From positions 1 to 34,950 of the forward strand of contig CAZGRT010000189.1 in assembly GCA_964528225.1 (NCBI GenBank): a DNA stretch of 34,950 nt, in the 5' to 3' direction. Of this stretch, positions 31,703 through 34,950 are shown piece after piece (the first letter of the stretch is position 1; each line of letters opens with the position of its first letter). Made by a program: the position numbers and the translations under genes. The notes under the pieces were generated by a model. That model was not told the origin of the DNA, did no database searches, and was given only the letters and a program-made list of their open reading frames with translations. Origin of the DNA: an uncultured Thermodesulfobacteriota bacterium. Its GTDB lineage: Bacteria > Desulfobacterota > Deferrisomatia > Deferrisomatales > JACRMM01.

Positions 31703-33232
31703 GTGGACGACCACAAGCTCGAACTGCGCCAGCTGCGCCTCTCCGACTACCCGGACGTGCGCGAGATCATGGACCGGGTGTACCCGATCATCGGCGGCGC
31801 GTGGACGCGGGAACAGTTCGCCTCCCAACTCGCCCGGTTCGGGCAGGGGCAGATCTGCATCGAGGACAACGGCAAGGTGGTGGCCGCGGCGATCAGCCTC
31901 GTGATCGACTCCGGCAAGGTGGGCGAAACCCACACCTACGCCGACATCATCGGCGACGGTCACCTGAAGAACCACGACCCGTCCGGGGACTACCTGTACG
32001 GCATCGACGTGTTCGTGCATCCCGACCACCGGGGGCTGCGGCTGGGGCGGCGCCTCTACGACGCCCGCAAAGAGTTGTGCGAGAAGCTCAACCTGAAGGG
32101 CATCCTCCTGGGCGGGCGCATCCCCGGCTACGGGGACCACGCCGACACCATGTCGCCGCGCGAGTACATCGAGATGGTGCGGCGCAAGGAACTCGTCGAC
32201 CCGGTGCTCACGTTCCAGATCGCCAACGACTTCCACGTCCGCCGCCTCATCAAGGGCTATCTGCCCGAAGACGAACGCTCCCGGGGATGGGCCGTCCTGC
32301 TGGAGTGGAACAACATCTACTACGAGGCCAAGGCGAAACTCTTCGGGGCCAAGAAGACCGTGGTGAGGCTCGGCGTGGTGCAGTGGCAGATGCGGCTGTT
32401 CTCCTCCCTGGAGGACTTCCTGCGCCAGGTCGAGTTCTTCGTCGACACCGTCTCCGGCTACAACTCCGACCTCGTGCTCTTCCCCGAGTTCTTCAACGCG
32501 CCCCTCATGGCGCCCTTCGGGCAGGAGGATCCGGCGGAGGCCATGCGCTCGCTCGCGGACCACACAGAGCCGATTCGCGAGGAACTGGTGCGCATGGCGC
32601 TGGCCTACAACATCAACATCGTGGCAGGCAGCCTTCCCGAGTACCGGGACCAGAAGCTCTACAACGTGTCCTTCCTGTGCCGCCGCGACGGAACCTGGGA
32701 CTCCCAGTACAAGCTCCACATCACTCCGGACGAGTCCCATTACTGGGGCCTCCAGGGCGGGGACGCCCTCCGGATCTTCGACACCGACATCGGGAAGGTC
32801 GGCATCCTGATCTGCTTCGACGTGGAGTTCCCGGAACTCTCGCGCTACCTCGCCGACCAGGGGATGAACGTGCTGCTCGTCCCCTACTGGACCGACACGA
32901 AGAACAGCTACCTGCGGGTGCGGCGGTGCGCCCAGGCCCGGGCCATCGAGAACGAGTGCTACGTAGCCATCTCCGGGAGCGTGGGGAACATCCCCCGGAT
33001 CGAGAACATGGACATCCAGTACTCCCAGTCCGCCGTGTTCACCCCCTCGGATTTCGCGTTCCCCCACGACGCGACGGCCGCCGAGGCCACCCCCAACACC
33101 GAGATGACCCTGATGGTGGACCTCGACCTCGAACTCCTCAAGGAGCTGCGCCAGCAGGGCAGCGTGCGCAACCTCAAGACCCGGCGGCTCGACCTCTACA
33201 ACCTGGTGTGGCTCCGGGACGGGGGGCGGTAG
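31703..33232 (+). CDS. bifunctional GNAT N-acetyltransferase / carbon-nitrogen hydrolase (nitrilase superfamily) fusion protein
   Basis: GTG at 31703 after GGAGGAAG. The N-terminal ~190 aa are GNAT-like (YGIDVFVHPDHRGLRLGRRLY). The C-terminal ~290 aa are CN-hydrolase with a candidate E-K-C triad (LVLFPEFF, YKLHITP, GILICFDVEFPE). Confidence 0.9.
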   Translation: MDDHKLELRQLRLSDYPDVREIMDRVYPIIGGAWTREQFASQLARFGQGQICIEDNGKVVAAAISLVIDSGKVGETHTYADIIGDGHLKNHDPSGDYLYGIDVFVHPDHRGLRLGRRLYDARKELCEKLNLKGILLGGRIPGYGDHADTMSPREYIEMVRRKELVDPVLTFQIANDFHVRRLIKGYLPEDERSRGWAVLLEWNNIYYEAKAKLFGAKKTVVRLGVVQWQMRLFSSLEDFLRQVEFFVDTVSGYNSDLVLFPEFFNAPLMAPFGQEDPAEAMRSLADHTEPIREELVRMALAYNINIVAGSLPEYRDQKLYNVSFLCRRDGTWDSQYKLHITPDESHYWGLQGGDALRIFDTDIGKVGILICFDVEFPELSRYLADQGMNVLLVPYWTDTKNSYLRVRRCAQARAIENECYVAISGSVGNIPRIENMDIQYSQSAVFTPSDFAFPHDATAAEATPNTEMTLMVDLDLELLKELRQQGSVRNLKTRRLDLYNLVWLRDGGR

Positions 33233-33237
33233 GGCCC

Positions 33238-34950
33238 TCAGGCCCCCTGCGTCGCCTCCGGAAGGAGGCATGCCGCCGCCTCGTCCTCGCCGGCCCACTC
33301 CCCCACCAGCCTCTCCTCGTAGATGTACTCGGTGAGGCGCCGGCCTACCTCCTCGGGGTTGACCTTCAGACGCGCCACGCCCGACGCCAGCGCCGCCCGG
33401 GCCACGGCCTCGGCCACCGTGGGAGGCACGGTGAAGTCCATGGCGTCGGGAATGATGCGGTCGGGGCTGAGGCGGTCGGGGGCCACGGCCTCGGCGATGG
33501 CCCGGGCGGCGGCCACCTTCATCCCCTCGTCGATCCGGGTGGCCCTCACGTCCAGGGCACCGCGGAAGATGCCGGGGAAGGCGAGGCAGTTGTTCACCTG
33601 ATTCGGAAAGTCGCTGCGGCCCGTGGCCACGATCCAGGCGCCCGACTCCTTCGCTTCACGGGGCAGGATCTCCGGCACGGGGTTGGCGAGTGCGAAGACC
33701 ACGGATCGCTCCGCCATGGTCGCCACCATGCCGGGCGTCAGCGCCCCGGCCACCGAGAGCCCGATGAAGACGTCGGCCCCCTGGACGACCGAGGCCAGGT
33801 CTCCCTTCCGGCCGTCCGGGTTGGAGCGCTCGGCCACCTCCGCCTTGTACGGATTCATGCCCTTCTTGCGGCCCCGGTAGAGGGCTCCGGCACGGTCGCA
33901 CACCACGACGTCCCGGGCGCCGGCGTCGAGGAGCAGCTTGGTGACCGCGAGGGAGGCGGCCCCGGCTCCGTTCACCACGATGCGCACGCCGGCAAGCGGC
34001 GTCCCGCGGAGCTTCAGGGCGTTGAGCATGCCGGCCACCGTGACCACCGCGGTGCCGTGCTGATCGTCGTGGAAGACCGGGATGTCCAGGACCTCCTGCA
34101 GGCGAGCCTCCACCTCGAAGCAGCGCGGCGCCGCGATGTCCTCCAGGTTGATGCCGCCGAAAGCCGGGGAAAGGTGCTGAACCGCCCGGACCAGCTCGTC
34201 CACCTCCTGGGTGGCGAGGCAGAGCGGGTAGGCCTCCACCCCCCCGAAGGTCTTGAAGAGGATGGCCTTGCCCTCCATGACGGGCACCGCCGCCCACGGG
34301 CCGATGTTGCCGAACCCCAGCACCGCGGAGCCGTCGGAGACCACGGCCACGAGGTTGCGCTTGGCCGTGTAGTCGTACACGGCCGCCGGGTCTCGCATGA
34401 TCTCCCGGGCAGGCTCCACCGCGGCCTTGGGGGAGTACAGATCTACGAAGATGTGCTCATCGCGCAGAGGGATCTTGACCGCCATCTCCACGCACCCGTG
34501 GTACTTGCGGTGCAGGTCGAGGGACTCGGCGTCCACCCCGGTGCCCCGCCGCACCCGGCCCCGGGGGGACGACTCGTACCACGCTCCCTCCCCCTCGTAG
34601 AGGAAGCGTCGCAGGCGTTCCGCGATCTCCCCCTGCGGGGGCCGCTCGCCGGCCAACCCGGTCTGCACCGCTGCCTGGGCCACGGCCTCGGCGATCGCGG
34701 GGCCCACGGACAGGTCCAGGGGATCGGGCAGGATGCGGGCGGCTGAGAGCTTTCGCCGGGGCACCATGTCGGCGATGGCACGCACGGCGGCGTTGAACAT
34801 GGCGTTGTTGATGTCTCGCACCCGGGCGTCGAGACAGCCGCGCATGAAGCCCGGGCTCACCGTGGAGGAGCGGATCTGGACGGGAAAGACGCTCGTGCCC
34901 GAGGCGTACACGGCGGCTCCGGCCGCCTCCGCCTCCTCCGGGCCGATCTC
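33238..34950 (-). CDS. NAD(P)-dependent malic enzyme, in an ORF that stays open to the window edge through a second upstream malic-enzyme-like C-terminal segment (partial)
   Basis: Canonical motifs: VVSDGSAVLGFGNIG, PVMEGKAILFKTFGGV, GGINLEDIAAPRCF, IPVFHDDQHGTAVV, VVNGAGAAS, ALANPVPEI, ATGRSDFPNQVNNCLAFPGIFRGALDV. A possible internal start is GTG 34536 (VDAESLDLHRKYHG). There is no stop in this frame between 34536 and 34950. Confidence 0.85.
   Translation of the reverse strand, partial: EIGPEEAEAAGAAVYASGTSVFPVQIRSSTVSPGFMRGCLDARVRDINNAMFNAAVRAIADMVPRRKLSAARILPDPLDLSVGPAIAEAVAQAAVQTGLAGERPPQGEIAERLRRFLYEGEGAWYESSPRGRVRRGTGVDAESLDLHRKYHGCVEMAVKIPLRDEHIFVDLYSPKAAVEPAREIMRDPAAVYDYTAKRNLVAVVSDGSAVLGFGNIGPWAAVPVMEGKAILFKTFGGVEAYPLCLATQEVDELVRAVQHLSPAFGGINLEDIAAPRCFEVEARLQEVLDIPVFHDDQHGTAVVTVAGMLNALKLRGTPLAGVRIVVNGAGAASLAVTKLLLDAGARDVVVCDRAGALYRGRKKGMNPYKAEVAERSNPDGRKGDLASVVQGADVFIGLSVAGALTPGMVATMAERSVVFALANPVPEILPREAKESGAWIVATGRSDFPNQVNNCLAFPGIFRGALDVRATRIDEGMKVAAARAIAEAVAPDRLSPDRIIPDAMDFTVPPTVAEAVARAALASGVARLKVNPEEVGRRLTEYIYEERLVGEWAGEDEAAACLLPEATQGA

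Overview
Very GC-rich bacterial chromosomal segment. It is densely coding (about 45 genes), with short intergenic gaps and many 4-nt start/stop overlaps. I saw no rRNA, tRNA, CRISPR array, transposase or integrase. The six-frame track contains many long R/P/G/A-rich shadow ORFs, as expected at high GC. I chose real genes by recognisable family motifs, RBS placement and GC-rich third codon positions.

Layout:
(i) 1-15.5 kb is a metal(loid)/redox island. It holds two ArsR/SmtB regulators, three ArsP_1/DUF318-type permeases with CxC motifs, a thioredoxin-coupled arsC and acr3. It also holds a 7-gene minus-strand operon: three exported thioredoxin-fold proteins, an ArsP-like permease, CcdA, DUF2703 and a mini-thioredoxin. 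Also present are an orphan octahaem HAO-family cytochrome c, corA, a ModABC-like oxyanion importer and a small tetrahaem cytochrome with a poly-Asp/His tail.
(ii) 15.5-21 kb is housekeeping: RluA-family pseudouridine synthase, RlmI, a cyclodeaminase-family protein, PilT and DnaJ.
(iii) 21-29.3 kb is a hydroxy-acid utilisation island: GntR/FadR regulator, TRAP DctPQM, an FAD-linked D-2-hydroxyacid/lactate dehydrogenase, a 3-hydroxybutyrate-dehydrogenase-like SDR, a LarA-family racemase and a USP.
(iv) 29.3-35 kb holds a spermidine-synthase-like methyltransferase, an RhlE-like DEAD-box helicase and a GNAT-nitrilase fusion. It ends with a malic enzyme whose reading frame continues without a stop into a second, degenerate malic-enzyme copy at the window edge.

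The best candidate for an undescribed system is the ArsR-linked envelope thiol / vicinal-cysteine relay operon at 6140-9997. All family assignments come from motif recognition by eye; no database search was run.
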